Of a DNA stretch of 62,586 bases, positions 47,365 to 57,169 are shown piece by piece. Numbering within the stretch: the first letter of the stretch is position 1; every line of letters starts with the position of its first letter. The notes beneath the pieces were generated by a model that saw only the letters and a list, made by a program, of their open reading frames with translations, searched no databases and had not been told where the DNA came from. A program made the translations under genes and the position numbers. This stretch comes from Oscillospiraceae bacterium (GTDB lineage: Bacteria > Bacillota > Clostridia > Oscillospirales > UBA929): assembly GCA_031554075.1 (NCBI GenBank), contig JAVBKJ010000011.1, forward strand, positions 1 to 62,586. The letters run 5' to 3'.

Positions 47365-47874
47365 TCAGGGAAGTTGCAACTGCTTGAGCGCGTCCCATCG
47401 AGGGTCGCTTGGGGGCTTGCAGTCGCACGGTCCTTGGTTCAAATTGTGTCCGCATTGGGCGCAAAGCCCTTTGCAATCGTCAGCGCAGAGGTTTTTCGTC
47501 TCCATATCCAACACAAAAGCGGGTATAAAGATGTCATCTAGCGCCACTTCTTCCCCCGAATAGACGAAAATTTCATCATTTTCTGCATCCTCCACAGATG
47601 TGGCAAGGGGACAGGACACAGCTAATGTTTTGTCGCGGGTAAAGTCAGCATTGCAACGGTCACAGACAAGATGCAGTGTTGTTTGCATGGTTGCCTCTAG
47701 GGTAAGCATACCAGCGGCATTCTTCACCATGCCAGTCACCTGAATCGGCTCCTGTGCTGGTGTTTGAAAGCCCATTTCCATGCCCGATAAATCGAGCGCA
47801 TAGGAAAAATGTTCTTGTGACCCAGAGACGTCCTTAACTGTACGCAGTGATAAAATCACGCAAACACCTCCCAT
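47365..47874 (-). CDS. yceD: YceD/DUF177-family protein (large-subunit rRNA accumulation)
   Basis: Typical position upstream of rpmF and a C-terminal Cys cluster (CADDCKGLCAQCGHNLNQGPCDC). Confidence 0.8.
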   Translation of the reverse strand: MGGVCVILSLRTVKDVSGSQEHFSYALDLSGMEMGFQTPAQEPIQVTGMVKNAAGMLTLEATMQTTLHLVCDRCNADFTRDKTLAVSCPLATSVEDAENDEIFVYSGEEVALDDIFIPAFVLDMETKNLCADDCKGLCAQCGHNLNQGPCDCKPPSDPRWDALKQLQLP

Positions 47875-48013
47875 CTGTCAATGGTACAGAGAGCATTATA
47901 CCCAACTATACGGTGATTGTCAAGTAAATTGTGATATTGTGCTATTTCCTGCAAATTGCAAGTGTGAGGTATTGCACATAAAAGCGTATTTGCGCCTTTA
48001 TTCGTATTAACAA

Positions 48014-48042
48014 TTGACACAGGGGGCATAATCAAGTATAAT
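48014..48042 (+). promoter_or_regulatory. Consensus sigma-A promoter (TTGACA-17 nt-TATAAT)
   Basis: Read directly. It lies about 10 nt upstream of the TPP riboswitch. Confidence 0.75.
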
Positions 48043-48051
48043 AATCTCGAA

Positions 48052-48170
48052 TTTGCGGGGTGCTGGTGCAAGCCGGCTGAGAGAGAACCTAGGCGGTTCC
48101 CAACCCTGCGTGCTTTTTAGCACGCGCGCCTGATCTGGGTAATGCCAGCGTAGGTAAAATATCTCCGCAA
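48052..48170 (+). promoter_or_regulatory. TPP (THI-box) riboswitch
   Basis: P1 pairing TTGCGG...CCGCAA. Conserved GGGGTGC, CTGAGAG and CCTGATCTGGGTAATGCCAGCGTAGG elements. Sits upstream of thiT. Confidence 0.9.
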
Positions 48171-48208
48171 TTCAGTAGTATTATCACTATATGAAGGAGG
48201 AGATTACT

Positions 48209-48766
48209 ATGCGTAACACCAAAATCCTAGCATTGGTCGAGGCCGCCGCAATGATTGCCTTGGCTACCATTTTGTCCCTTTTGAAGGTGGTGCAGTTACC
48301 GCAGGGCGGTTCTGTCACCGCCGTTTCCATGCTCCCGCTCATTATTCTGGCGCTGCGGCGCGGTCCTGTGTGGGGAATTGGCAGTGGGCTTATTTATGCG
48401 TTTATCCAGCTTTTATTACATGGGGGGCTTGCCTCACCTGTGCCAACGTTTGGCGGGCTAATGTTAGAACTACTCTTTGACTACTTGCTTGCCTTTGGCG
48501 TCCTGGGGCTTGCTGGATTTTTTCGCAAGACGCGTACTGGCTTATTGATATCCATTCCACTTTGCATCGGACTTCGCTTGTTGTCCCACACTATCGCAGG
48601 CGTGGTGGTTTGGGGTTCATACGCGCCAGAGGGCGTAAACATTTGGTGGTACTCGTTTCTTTACAACGGCTCCTACATGGGGCTTGAACTCGTCTTTACC
48701 CTCGTGGTGGCGTTTTTGCTCGGGACAACGGTGCCACGCCTTATCACACCCCATAAGGCATCGTAA
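48209..48766 (+). CDS. thiT: ECF-transporter S component for thiamine (ThiT)
   Basis: Six-TM small protein directly behind a TPP riboswitch. AGGAGG lies 8 nt before the ATG at 48209; the track start at 48191 overlaps the RBS. Confidence 0.8.
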   Translation: MRNTKILALVEAAAMIALATILSLLKVVQLPQGGSVTAVSMLPLIILALRRGPVWGIGSGLIYAFIQLLLHGGLASPVPTFGGLMLELLFDYLLAFGVLGLAGFFRKTRTGLLISIPLCIGLRLLSHTIAGVVVWGSYAPEGVNIWWYSFLYNGSYMGLELVFTLVVAFLLGTTVPRLITPHKAS

Positions 48767-48832
48767 TCAAACCTTACGAAATACACAAACCTACACGCGC
48801 ATGTAGAAAAAATTCACTTCAGGAGGCTTCTC

Positions 48833-49648
48833 ATGGGTATCTTTTCAGGTTTACTGCTAGCGTCTGATATGGACGGCACGTTGCTCGGTCATGCAGGGCA
48901 TATTTTACCATGTGATCTTGCCGCGATTCGACATTTCATCGCCGAGGGTGGTACGTTCACGCTTTGCACAGGGCGCACGCGCCTTTCCATGGAAGTGCTC
49001 ATCGACCATGTCCCCCTAAACGCGCCAGCACTGCTGGCAAACGGCGGCATGATGTTTGATTACGCGACACAAAAGATACTATTTGAACAGTCATTAGAGG
49101 ATAACTACCTTGAAGCTTGCGCCGCTGTCGCTGCCCATTTTCCAACCGCGGCTGTGGAAGTGCATGGGGACACGGATCTTTGGGTGTATCATGCCAACGA
49201 GATTACAGACTCACATTTTGCGCTGATTCAGCGTGAGGGGATTCTTATTGACGATTTGCAGACACCGCCGCAACCTTGGCTGAAAGCTGTCTTCACAGCA
49301 CATCCGCCTGTCCCAGAGCAGATTCGTGCATTTTTGAACGAACGCTACCCTGATTGCTTTTCGCTTGTCTCCGCCTACGATTCCTTTTTAGAAGTCTTGC
49401 ACGTGGACGCCAACAAGGGCGCGGGCGTGGCGCGTTTGGCAAAGTACATGGGGATTCCCCACGAAAACGTCTTTTGTATCGGGGATAATAATAATGATAT
49501 CCCTATGCTGTCGCGGTTTAAGAGCTTCGCACCCGCCAGCGGCACAGCAGAAGCCCGTGGCACGGCTACCCATACGGTTGCGGATTGTGATAGCGGCGCT
49601 GTCGCGGCGGCGATTGCGCTGATTCAGGAGGTCTACTGTGGCGCGTAG
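48833..49648 (+). CDS. Cof-type HAD-IIB phosphatase
   Basis: LLASDMDGTLL motif I and GDNNNDIPML motif IV. Confidence 0.8.
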   Translation: MGIFSGLLLASDMDGTLLGHAGHILPCDLAAIRHFIAEGGTFTLCTGRTRLSMEVLIDHVPLNAPALLANGGMMFDYATQKILFEQSLEDNYLEACAAVAAHFPTAAVEVHGDTDLWVYHANEITDSHFALIQREGILIDDLQTPPQPWLKAVFTAHPPVPEQIRAFLNERYPDCFSLVSAYDSFLEVLHVDANKGAGVARLAKYMGIPHENVFCIGDNNNDIPMLSRFKSFAPASGTAEARGTATHTVADCDSGAVAAAIALIQEVYCGA

Positions 49649-50531
49649 ACGTAGACGTTCCAATCTCTCCACAGTGATTGGCGCTGTGGTGCTGTTGATT
49701 CTCGTGGCTGGTTATTTCTTTATGGAACAGCCAGCGTCAGAACCAACACCGACAGTGACCCCCACAAACGGGCAAACGCTGACTGTGAAAATGTTAGATG
49801 TCGCCCAAGCGGACGCCATCTTAATCCAAACAGGCGACCAAACTATGCTGATTGATGCTGGTAAAAACGAGGGCGCGGCGGATTTCGTCAAAACCCTACA
49901 AGAGATGGGTGTGACGAAACTAGATTACCTCGTCGGTACGCATCCACATGAGGACCATATCGGCGGGTTAGATGCTGTGATTGATGCGTTTGACGTGGGG
50001 ATATTGCTTATGCCCAATGCACAAGCCAATACCAGAACCTTTGAAGATGTGTTGGATGCCATGGATCGCAAGGGGCTAAAAGCGACCACACCCCATGTGG
50101 GCGACACGTATACATTAGGCGACGCGTCGTTTATCATCTTAGCCCCCAACAGCACCGAATATGAAGATATTAACAACACATCTATTATGATGCGGCTTAC
50201 GTATGGTAAGCGCAGCTTTATGCTCACAGGCGACGCGGAAACAGTCTCTGAGGAGGAAGTGCTATCCTTGCAGAAACCATTGCAGTCTGATGTCCTCAAG
50301 GTGGGACACCATGGCAGCCATTCCTCCACAAGCCCCGACTTTTTAGAAGCCGTCAAACCAACAATTGCTTTGATTTCCTGTGCCACAGATAATACATACG
50401 GACACCCACATAGAGAGACCATGGACGCGCTCAAGGCGGCGAATGTCGCCATCTATCGCACCGATTTACAAGGCACCGTGACAGTGACAACAGACGGTCA
50501 AACCCTTGAAGTCACGACCGAAAAGGGGTAA
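49638..50531 (+). CDS. ComEC/Rec2-related metallo-beta-lactamase-fold hydrolase (membrane-tethered)
   Basis: N-terminal TM helix, a GTHPHEDHIGG motif and ...VLKVGHHGS.... Confidence 0.8.
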   Translation: MARRRRRSNLSTVIGAVVLLILVAGYFFMEQPASEPTPTVTPTNGQTLTVKMLDVAQADAILIQTGDQTMLIDAGKNEGAADFVKTLQEMGVTKLDYLVGTHPHEDHIGGLDAVIDAFDVGILLMPNAQANTRTFEDVLDAMDRKGLKATTPHVGDTYTLGDASFIILAPNSTEYEDINNTSIMMRLTYGKRSFMLTGDAETVSEEEVLSLQKPLQSDVLKVGHHGSHSSTSPDFLEAVKPTIALISCATDNTYGHPHRETMDALKAANVAIYRTDLQGTVTVTTDGQTLEVTTEKG

Positions 50532-50534
50532 CGT

Positions 50535-50747
50535 ATGCTGTTTTGTATTGACAGATTTGAAGGCGACTTGTGCATCCTACAGGCAGACGATGACAGTATG
50601 CACGAGTTTTCGCGCCACCTGATTCCCGCTGGCGCAACAGAAGGCACATGGCTCACACAGGTTGACGGCGTGTTTCACATCGACGCGGCGGAAACAGAGC
50701 GTGTGGCGGCGCGGATTCGAGACAAGATGAACCGACTTTGGCAATAG
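50535..50747 (+). CDS. DUF3006-family small protein
   Basis: 70 aa (IDRFEGDLCILQADD...), the usual partner downstream of the ComEC-like MBL gene. Confidence 0.65.
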   Translation: MLFCIDRFEGDLCILQADDDSMHEFSRHLIPAGATEGTWLTQVDGVFHIDAAETERVAARIRDKMNRLWQ

Positions 50748-50767
50748 ATATTGATAAACAATCAACA

Positions 50768-50803
50768 GGAGGGTGACGGCATATGCCGTCACCCTCTTGT
50801 TCA
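50768..50803. terminator. Bidirectional terminator between convergent genes
   Basis: GAGGGTGACGGCAT/ATGCCGTCACCCTC, a 14-bp palindromic stem, followed by TTGTTCAT. Confidence 0.7.
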
Positions 50804-50810
50804 TATACGT

Positions 50811-52187
50811 TTAATATTTACCCATGTTATACGAGGAGCCTGTGGCGGCTTTGGGCTTCGAGGCGGCACGCACTTTCTTGCCTAATTGATAATGTGCCAC
50901 TTCATCACGCAACGACTCGGACTCCTGATTCATAACAGTCGATGCCTGTGAGCTTAGCTCTGCCCCTTTGCTAATCAATTCCACCACTTCGCCTACTTGG
51001 CTGACACCGCCGCTAATCTCATTAATGGCGTTCGTCTGTTGCTCTGAGGACTGCGCAATCACATTGACAATTCTACTACTTTCATTGATACCTGCCACGA
51101 TTTCCGACAGCGAGGCTGATGTTTCATTGGCAATTTTTGCCCCAAGCTCGGCTTTTTCAATGGAGTTTGCAATCAATGCGCCCGTTTCTTTGGCGGCATT
51201 GGCCGATTTCGCCGCGAGATTGCGTACTTCCTCAGCAACGACTGCAAATCCCTTACCGTGTTGCCCTGCACGCGCCGCTTCAACGGCGGCATTCAGCGCC
51301 AAAATATTCGTCTGGAACGCGATATCGTCGATGACCTTAATGACCTTGCCAATGGAAGCACTCGCTTCTGTAATCATCTTGACAGCTTCCATCATTTGGT
51401 TCATCTGCTGTGAACCTTTTTCGGCATTGCTCTTAATAGTGTCGCCCAAACGCGCCGCGTTGATGGCCATAGCAGAGTTTTCTTTTGTTTTTTGCGATAC
51501 ATTGTTGATGGAGCGTACTAACGCTTCGACTGCCGCCGTCTGTTCTGTCGCGGCTTGTGCCAAATGTATGGAGTTTTCTGCAATTTCTTTTGCAGAAACA
51601 GCCACCTCGTCTGATGTGTTGCCGATTTGTCCAAAGGTGCTGCCTAGATTTGTCACCATCTTTTCCATGGCGATGCCCATGGTGTCCTTGTCTGAAATCT
51701 TTTGAATCTTCATGCTGATGTCGCCGTTTGAAATGGTGGTAAGTACATGGTCAAGCTCTAAAAAACGGTCAATCATGCTAGTAAAGGCGACCATACACTC
51801 GCCAATTTCGTCTTTGTTTTGCGCTACATCCTTCATGACAGTCTTCAATCTATTGTCAAACACAAAATCACCGCTATGTCCCACCTGCGCCAGCGCGTCA
51901 CGCATGTGACCTAATGGCAAGCGTATACTTTTAGAGATTGAGATTGCCAAAAATAGCCCGAATAAAATCGTTAGTGAAAAGGCAACTGCTACAACAGTGG
52001 TTACCTGGGTTTCGATTTGTTGTATATTTGCTATTTCGCTGACAGCTTGCGCCTTTTCCAACGCCGCGATGGCAGAATTTCCGAGATTCTGTATGCCCAA
52101 CACGCAATAAACCCCCACAATTGCGATTATAATTGCGATTGACCCGAACCCCACTAACATTTTGAGACGTACTTTCAAATTCCTCAT
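50811..52187 (-). CDS. Methyl-accepting chemotaxis protein
   Basis: N-terminal TM pair, HAMP region and the highly conserved signalling hairpin ([37 protein letters not shown]). Confidence 0.9.
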   Translation of the reverse strand: MRNLKVRLKMLVGFGSIAIIIAIVGVYCVLGIQNLGNSAIAALEKAQAVSEIANIQQIETQVTTVVAVAFSLTILFGLFLAISISKSIRLPLGHMRDALAQVGHSGDFVFDNRLKTVMKDVAQNKDEIGECMVAFTSMIDRFLELDHVLTTISNGDISMKIQKISDKDTMGIAMEKMVTNLGSTFGQIGNTSDEVAVSAKEIAENSIHLAQAATEQTAAVEALVRSINNVSQKTKENSAMAINAARLGDTIKSNAEKGSQQMNQMMEAVKMITEASASIGKVIKVIDDIAFQTNILALNAAVEAARAGQHGKGFAVVAEEVRNLAAKSANAAKETGALIANSIEKAELGAKIANETSASLSEIVAGINESSRIVNVIAQSSEQQTNAINEISGGVSQVGEVVELISKGAELSSQASTVMNQESESLRDEVAHYQLGKKVRAASKPKAATGSSYNMGKY

Positions 52188-52545
52188 TCTAATCCTCTTT
52201 CTGGCGAGTCGCCAAATTCACCTTTTGAAGCGCACTCAAACAACGCACACACCTCTGCCCTTAACTGTACCACAGCATGTTGGGTTTGTAAATATCCAAA
52301 GGATGGAATGGTACAAATGTTACCATTTTTGGTTAGTATAGACAAGTTATATTTTTTGAGTTGTGTATAATGCCATTTCTGTGACAGCGTTCGTTATCAG
52401 AGACTCAGATATAAAACCAATATTTACCGAGCTGTGTGGCATAGCGGGACTATCTTTTTGCGCTTTGACATGCTATACTAAGATGCGTGTGTTGACATCC
52501 AATGTCAACACACGCAAATGTCGGCAGTATGTGGTTTTAGCGCAC

Positions 52546-53133
52546 TTAGTCGATGGGTTTTACTTTGTGCAACGGTCCTGCAATCAGCGGCGTAATGACA
52601 GCGGCCGCGATAGCCTCAGCGACACCGTTTGTACCCACAATGCCCAACATGGCAGGCAGTAAATCCGACGCCGCCATCTGATAAAACGCGGCATAAGGTT
52701 CTTGGTACAGCAGATAAATGCTCCCTAGCACCAACACGGTATTTACGAGCGAACCGACAACACCACAAGTTGCAAACCTAGCAATAACAGGTACGTTTAA
52801 CTTGCGAAGCCACAGATACAGCAACCCTGCCAAAAGCCCCACTAATATCCGTGGCAACAAAGAGACTAGCGGATTCGTAAACACGATGGGGTCAATTGGC
52901 GACGTTGGAAACACAAAGGCGCGCAATAAACATACAACGCCCCAAACGCCGCCCAAGGTCGCCCCCATCCACGGGCCTAAGTAAACAGCGCCGATGATAA
53001 CCGTGATGTGGATAATGGTCGGATTAAAGGGCTGTAGGGGGATGTACCCCAAAAACGGCACGAAATTTTGTACAATAATAATGGCGGACAGTATACCCAT
53101 GAGTGCTAGGCGATAGTTTTTTGTCTGTGACAT
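52546..53133 (-). CDS. ECF-transporter S component (substrate unknown)
   Basis: Small polytopic protein. Preferred start is MSQTKNYRLALMGILSAIIIV with a GGAGG RBS (Met18 of the track ORF). Confidence 0.65.
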   Translation of the reverse strand: MSQTKNYRLALMGILSAIIIVQNFVPFLGYIPLQPFNPTIIHITVIIGAVYLGPWMGATLGGVWGVVCLLRAFVFPTSPIDPIVFTNPLVSLLPRILVGLLAGLLYLWLRKLNVPVIARFATCGVVGSLVNTVLVLGSIYLLYQEPYAAFYQMAASDLLPAMLGIVGTNGVAEAIAAAVITPLIAGPLHKVKPID

Positions 53134-53237
53134 CGCACAATTTCCTCCCCATATAACGGCGTAGAACGCCACCGAAGTAGTCATATTGTATCATGGCTGT
53201 CAAGTCATCATAGCGCGCCGCGCTTTAAGGAGTATGT

Positions 53238-54407
53238 ATGAAAATTAGAATGACCCTCGTTACCTCGCTTGCACTGGTACTTTCGCTATTGTTTAGCTGT
53301 CAAGCACCGCCGCCCCCGCCCTTTGAGGCAAATACCACGCTCACCATGTACATAGCAACCGATATCCACTATCGGGAGTACGACCCCTCTGATGACCAAA
53401 TTGTGGGCAGTGCCAAGCTATTTGAGTACATTCCCGACTTATTGTATGCGCTAAAATATGACATGAGCAACGAAAAGCCTAACTACTTATTGGTGACAGG
53501 CGACCTGACGGACACAGGGGCCAACTATGCCCAGGATGAGCTTGTAACGTACTTTACGGAGGTCGAAGCTCAGGGCACACAAGTGCTCGTCATGCCAGGC
53601 AACCACGACTTTGCATCCGCCGCCTTTGCCGAAAAATTTGCCGCCTTTGGTTACGCAGATGCGTACATGCGCGAGGGCTTGTCCTACTGCGCCCGTCTTT
53701 CTGCTGACACGTGGATAGTCACACTTGACACAGGGGTGTATGGTCAACTACAGGATGACACGCTTGCCTTTTTTGAAAAAGTCGGCGCTGCCGCGCAAAA
53801 AGAAAATGCACGCCTGCTTGTTGCGTCGCACCACAACGCCGTGCCGCATTTACCAACCATGAATGACGGTTTTGTGTTATGGCCAGCAGACCAATTTTAT
53901 GCCATTATGGCGAAGTATGCGTTGCCTGTTGACCTAACAGGGCATATGCACGCCCAAGATATTGCCAGCCGCACAGACGGTGCGTATCAGCTGACGGATA
54001 TTTGCACGGGGGCGTTGGCGGTGTATCCTCATCGTGTCGGCGTTATGACGCTATCCCCCACACAATGGGAGTACAACACCCGTAGCCTACCTGTCGAGGA
54101 ATATGCCAAACTGTCTGCAGACACGCAAACACCCGAGCTGCTTGACTTTGCTACCTATTCACGCGATTACCACATGGGGCGGTTTGCCAAGCGTGGCGAT
54201 GTTGACGACATTTCAGAGGAGGCCGCCACCCTGCGCGGTCTTATCAACGTTCACTACTTTGAAGGCGACGAAAACCAATACTTTGAACAACTTAAAGACG
54301 ATGGCGCGTGGGAGGAACTTAAAGCCACCCGTTATTACAACTTTTTGCAAGAAGCTTTATTTGACAAGGATTTGCCAGACAACCATTGGGTTCACACTTT
54401 TTCATAA
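53238..54407 (+). CDS. Calcineurin-like metallophosphoesterase lipoprotein
   Basis: Lipobox LLFSC, then ATDIHY, GDLTD, GNHD and GHMH metal-binding motifs. Confidence 0.8.
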   Translation: MKIRMTLVTSLALVLSLLFSCQAPPPPPFEANTTLTMYIATDIHYREYDPSDDQIVGSAKLFEYIPDLLYALKYDMSNEKPNYLLVTGDLTDTGANYAQDELVTYFTEVEAQGTQVLVMPGNHDFASAAFAEKFAAFGYADAYMREGLSYCARLSADTWIVTLDTGVYGQLQDDTLAFFEKVGAAAQKENARLLVASHHNAVPHLPTMNDGFVLWPADQFYAIMAKYALPVDLTGHMHAQDIASRTDGAYQLTDICTGALAVYPHRVGVMTLSPTQWEYNTRSLPVEEYAKLSADTQTPELLDFATYSRDYHMGRFAKRGDVDDISEEAATLRGLINVHYFEGDENQYFEQLKDDGAWEELKATRYYNFLQEALFDKDLPDNHWVHTFS

Positions 54408-54409
54408 GG

Positions 54410-55234
54410 ATGCAAAAACAACGATTTAAAAAGATTTACATCGAAATCACCAATGTTTGCAATCTGCAATGTGATTTTTGTGCGCCGCACCACCGCGCGG
54501 ACCGCTTTCTACAGCTGGACGAATTTGAGCGTATATTAACAGAAATTGCGCCGTATGGGTGGCATATCTATCTGCATGTGAAGGGAGAACCACTGTTGCA
54601 CCCTGAGGTGGACGCATTTGTCCGCCTTGCCAAGTCGCGCGGCTTTTTTATCAATCTGACCACCAATGGCACACTGTTGCACGAACACACGGCCATCATA
54701 CCGCTGTTGCGCCAGATTAATCTCTCGTTACACGCCACAGAGGACTTGTCACTCGTTGCCAATTTACGTGATGTGCCGACCGCTGTTTCCTTGCGTCTGT
54801 GGAATGGCGACAAAGCCGCCCCGATGATAACGCAATTGGAAACAATGTTTCAAACGCATATTCCATGCGACCAAGCGCGGCATACACTCGCCCCTAACCT
54901 ATATTTATCGCTCGAAAGCCCGTTCGCGTGGCCAGATACCGCCGCGAAACCTGCCACAGCGAAACCTGCCGAAGCGACGTCTGACGTTGTCGCGGGGTAC
55001 TGTTTGGGGTTGCAACAGCAACTGGCAATCTTGGCCGATGGCAGCGTGACCCCTTGTTGTCTTGACCATGAGGGGGTCATGTCGCTGGGCAATGTGCTAG
55101 AAACGCCGTTAGCCGCCCTATTGGACGGCTCACGCGTGCAGGCTATATTAGAAGGATGGAAACGGCGCGTCGCTGTCGAGCCTTTATGCCAACGTTGTAC
55201 GTACCGCCACCGTTTTGCGCGCTATGTGCCTTGA
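54410..55234 (+). CDS. Radical SAM protein with SPASM-like C-terminal Cys cluster
   Basis: Start MQKQRFKKIYIEITNVCNLQCDFC (CxxxCxxC motif). C-terminal ...CCLDHEG...CQRC. Confidence 0.8.
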   Translation: MQKQRFKKIYIEITNVCNLQCDFCAPHHRADRFLQLDEFERILTEIAPYGWHIYLHVKGEPLLHPEVDAFVRLAKSRGFFINLTTNGTLLHEHTAIIPLLRQINLSLHATEDLSLVANLRDVPTAVSLRLWNGDKAAPMITQLETMFQTHIPCDQARHTLAPNLYLSLESPFAWPDTAAKPATAKPAEATSDVVAGYCLGLQQQLAILADGSVTPCCLDHEGVMSLGNVLETPLAALLDGSRVQAILEGWKRRVAVEPLCQRCTYRHRFARYVP

Positions 55235-55258
55235 TGGGCTGTGAAAACAGTTAGGTCG

Positions 55259-56509
55259 CTATGCCATGAAGAAGGAACGCAGCAGCTGGCTGAAAATTTC
55301 CCAAAAGGTGAGTCTTGGTATTTCCTGAGCCGCCACAATGGGGATGGTCGCTAGCACCGCGCCCTCGAAGCTTATCGTTACCTCACCAAGCTTTTGACCT
55401 TTGGCGACAGGGGCTTCCACAGATTCCGCTAACGCCACAGTTTTCGTAAGCCCCTTGAGCTGTCTCTTTTCGACAAGCAGTTTCGCGCTCTGTGCTATTT
55501 CGGGTACGACTTCTGGCATGGCGCCGAGCGTTACAGGCACAGGGGGCGGTATTTGGTCGGGATAAGCAGACGCTAGGGCGTAGTTGGCAAAGCCATAGTC
55601 GAGCATTTTGCGAGCGGCATTAAAGCGAATGTCAGAGGTTTCTGCCCCCATGACCACAGCTATGACCTCCATGCCGTCTCGTTCTGCACTACCCGACAGG
55701 CAAAATTTTGCAATACTGGTCGAGCCAGTTTTGAGCCCTGTTGCGCCTGGGTAGAAGCGCACCAATTTATTGGTATTTGCCAGCGTAAATGTGCCGTCGC
55801 GAATCGTATCCATCCAGATGGTGGTGTATTCTTTGATAGCGGGATGATGGTACAGCAGTTCTCGTGACATGAGCGCGATATCGCGCGCGGAGGTGACATG
55901 CCCATCCTCGGGCAAGCCATTGCAGTTTTTGAACACGGTATCTGTCATGCCTAGTTCTGCCGCTCGCTCATTCATGCGCGCGGCAAAGGTTTCCTCACTA
56001 CCTGCTAAGTACTCTGCCATGGCGACACTGGCATCATTGCCCGAGGCAATCACGATGGATTTGATCATATCCTTCACAGTGTAGGTTTCGCCCTCGTGCA
56101 TAAACACTTGTGACCCACCCATGTTTTGCGCATACGCCGACACAGGCACTTTGTCCTCTAATTTGATAATGTCATTTTGTAGGGCTTCCATGATGAGTAG
56201 TAAGGTCATCACTTTGGTGACACTGGCAGGTGGTTTTTGTTCGCGGTCATTTTGTGCAAAAAGCACAGTGCCTGTTTCCTTTTCAATGAGACAGGCATTC
56301 GGCACGTCTAGTATTAATGTGTCGAGTGCGGCTGTTTCGATGGTGTCTGATGCCTCCACCCAAGAGGGGATAGCGTCATCGCTCTCTTCCAACTCGGGGT
56401 ACTGTGCCAGAATGTCCATGCGGGCTTGGATAGGGTCTTCGTAGGCAAACGCAGTGGACAGCGATAGCAGTAACATGACAGTCAATAGGGTCGCAAGCAG
56501 ACGTTTCAT
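55259..56509 (-). CDS. Serine-type D-Ala-D-Ala carboxypeptidase (PBP5/DacB family)
   Basis: Signal peptide MKRLLATLLTVMLLLSLSTAFA. SVTK (SxxK), SGND (SxN) and KTGS (KTG) motifs. The start is chosen 6 nt after a GGAGG RBS. Confidence 0.85.
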   Translation of the reverse strand: MKRLLATLLTVMLLLSLSTAFAYEDPIQARMDILAQYPELEESDDAIPSWVEASDTIETAALDTLILDVPNACLIEKETGTVLFAQNDREQKPPASVTKVMTLLLIMEALQNDIIKLEDKVPVSAYAQNMGGSQVFMHEGETYTVKDMIKSIVIASGNDASVAMAEYLAGSEETFAARMNERAAELGMTDTVFKNCNGLPEDGHVTSARDIALMSRELLYHHPAIKEYTTIWMDTIRDGTFTLANTNKLVRFYPGATGLKTGSTSIAKFCLSGSAERDGMEVIAVVMGAETSDIRFNAARKMLDYGFANYALASAYPDQIPPPVPVTLGAMPEVVPEIAQSAKLLVEKRQLKGLTKTVALAESVEAPVAKGQKLGEVTISFEGAVLATIPIVAAQEIPRLTFWEIFSQLLRSFFMA

Positions 56510-56746
56510 ACGCATCCTCCTAGTAGTATACTGACCGCCACCTGTGCGCTGTTGCCACACAAGCAGGATTCAGTATTCGTTCCTCATGGACAAAGATATG
56601 CGCCTGAAGTGGGACATATACCAAGCTTGCCCAAAACACTGAACGACAGTGGGTTGCTAGGAACAAAAGCTGCCCAAACGGCAAAAAAATATCACGTATG
56701 AACCATGGGTTCACACGCGATACAGCTGGACATAGCGACTAGCGTA

Positions 56747-56995
56747 CTATGCCTCGATGACGAAATCCTTAATAGCATTGTAGAACGTCAATCCGTCCTC
56801 GTCAGTGCCATGAACTTCGACACGAATAGGTTTTGCCAAGTCAACACTGAAAATGCCCATGATTGACTTTGCGTCAATGATGTAGCGGCCTGATACGATA
56901 TCAATGTCAAACGGCTGCATACAAGCAGAGTTGACAAAGAATTTCACATCATTAATTGATGCCAATTGGATATCAAAAACTTTCAATTCAAACAT
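56747..56995 (-). CDS. HPr-family phosphocarrier-like small protein
   Basis: 82 aa from MFELKVFDIQL.... Size and pattern (DAKSIMGIFSL-like) resemble the HPr fold. Start trimmed to the Met preceded by GGGGGA. Confidence 0.5.
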   Translation of the reverse strand: MFELKVFDIQLASINDVKFFVNSACMQPFDIDIVSGRYIIDAKSIMGIFSVDLAKPIRVEVHGTDEDGLTFYNAIKDFVIEA

Positions 56996-57169
56996 CCCCC
57001 TTTCAATCGGTTGCTTACAGTATACGGAATATACATCCAAAATGCAAGTGGTATTGCGAATTATTTATACAAACTTGTATTTTTGAATGGTGCAAAGATC
57101 GGCAATACACACGTTCAAAAGCTGTTTTGCAAGCGGCTTAGAACGCAAAACGAAATTAGGAGCGAACGA

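Noticed and set aside
50968-51705. 245-aa plus-strand ORF.
   Set aside because: It is antisense to the highly conserved MCP signalling domain and is a typical shadow ORF of Ala-rich coding sequence.
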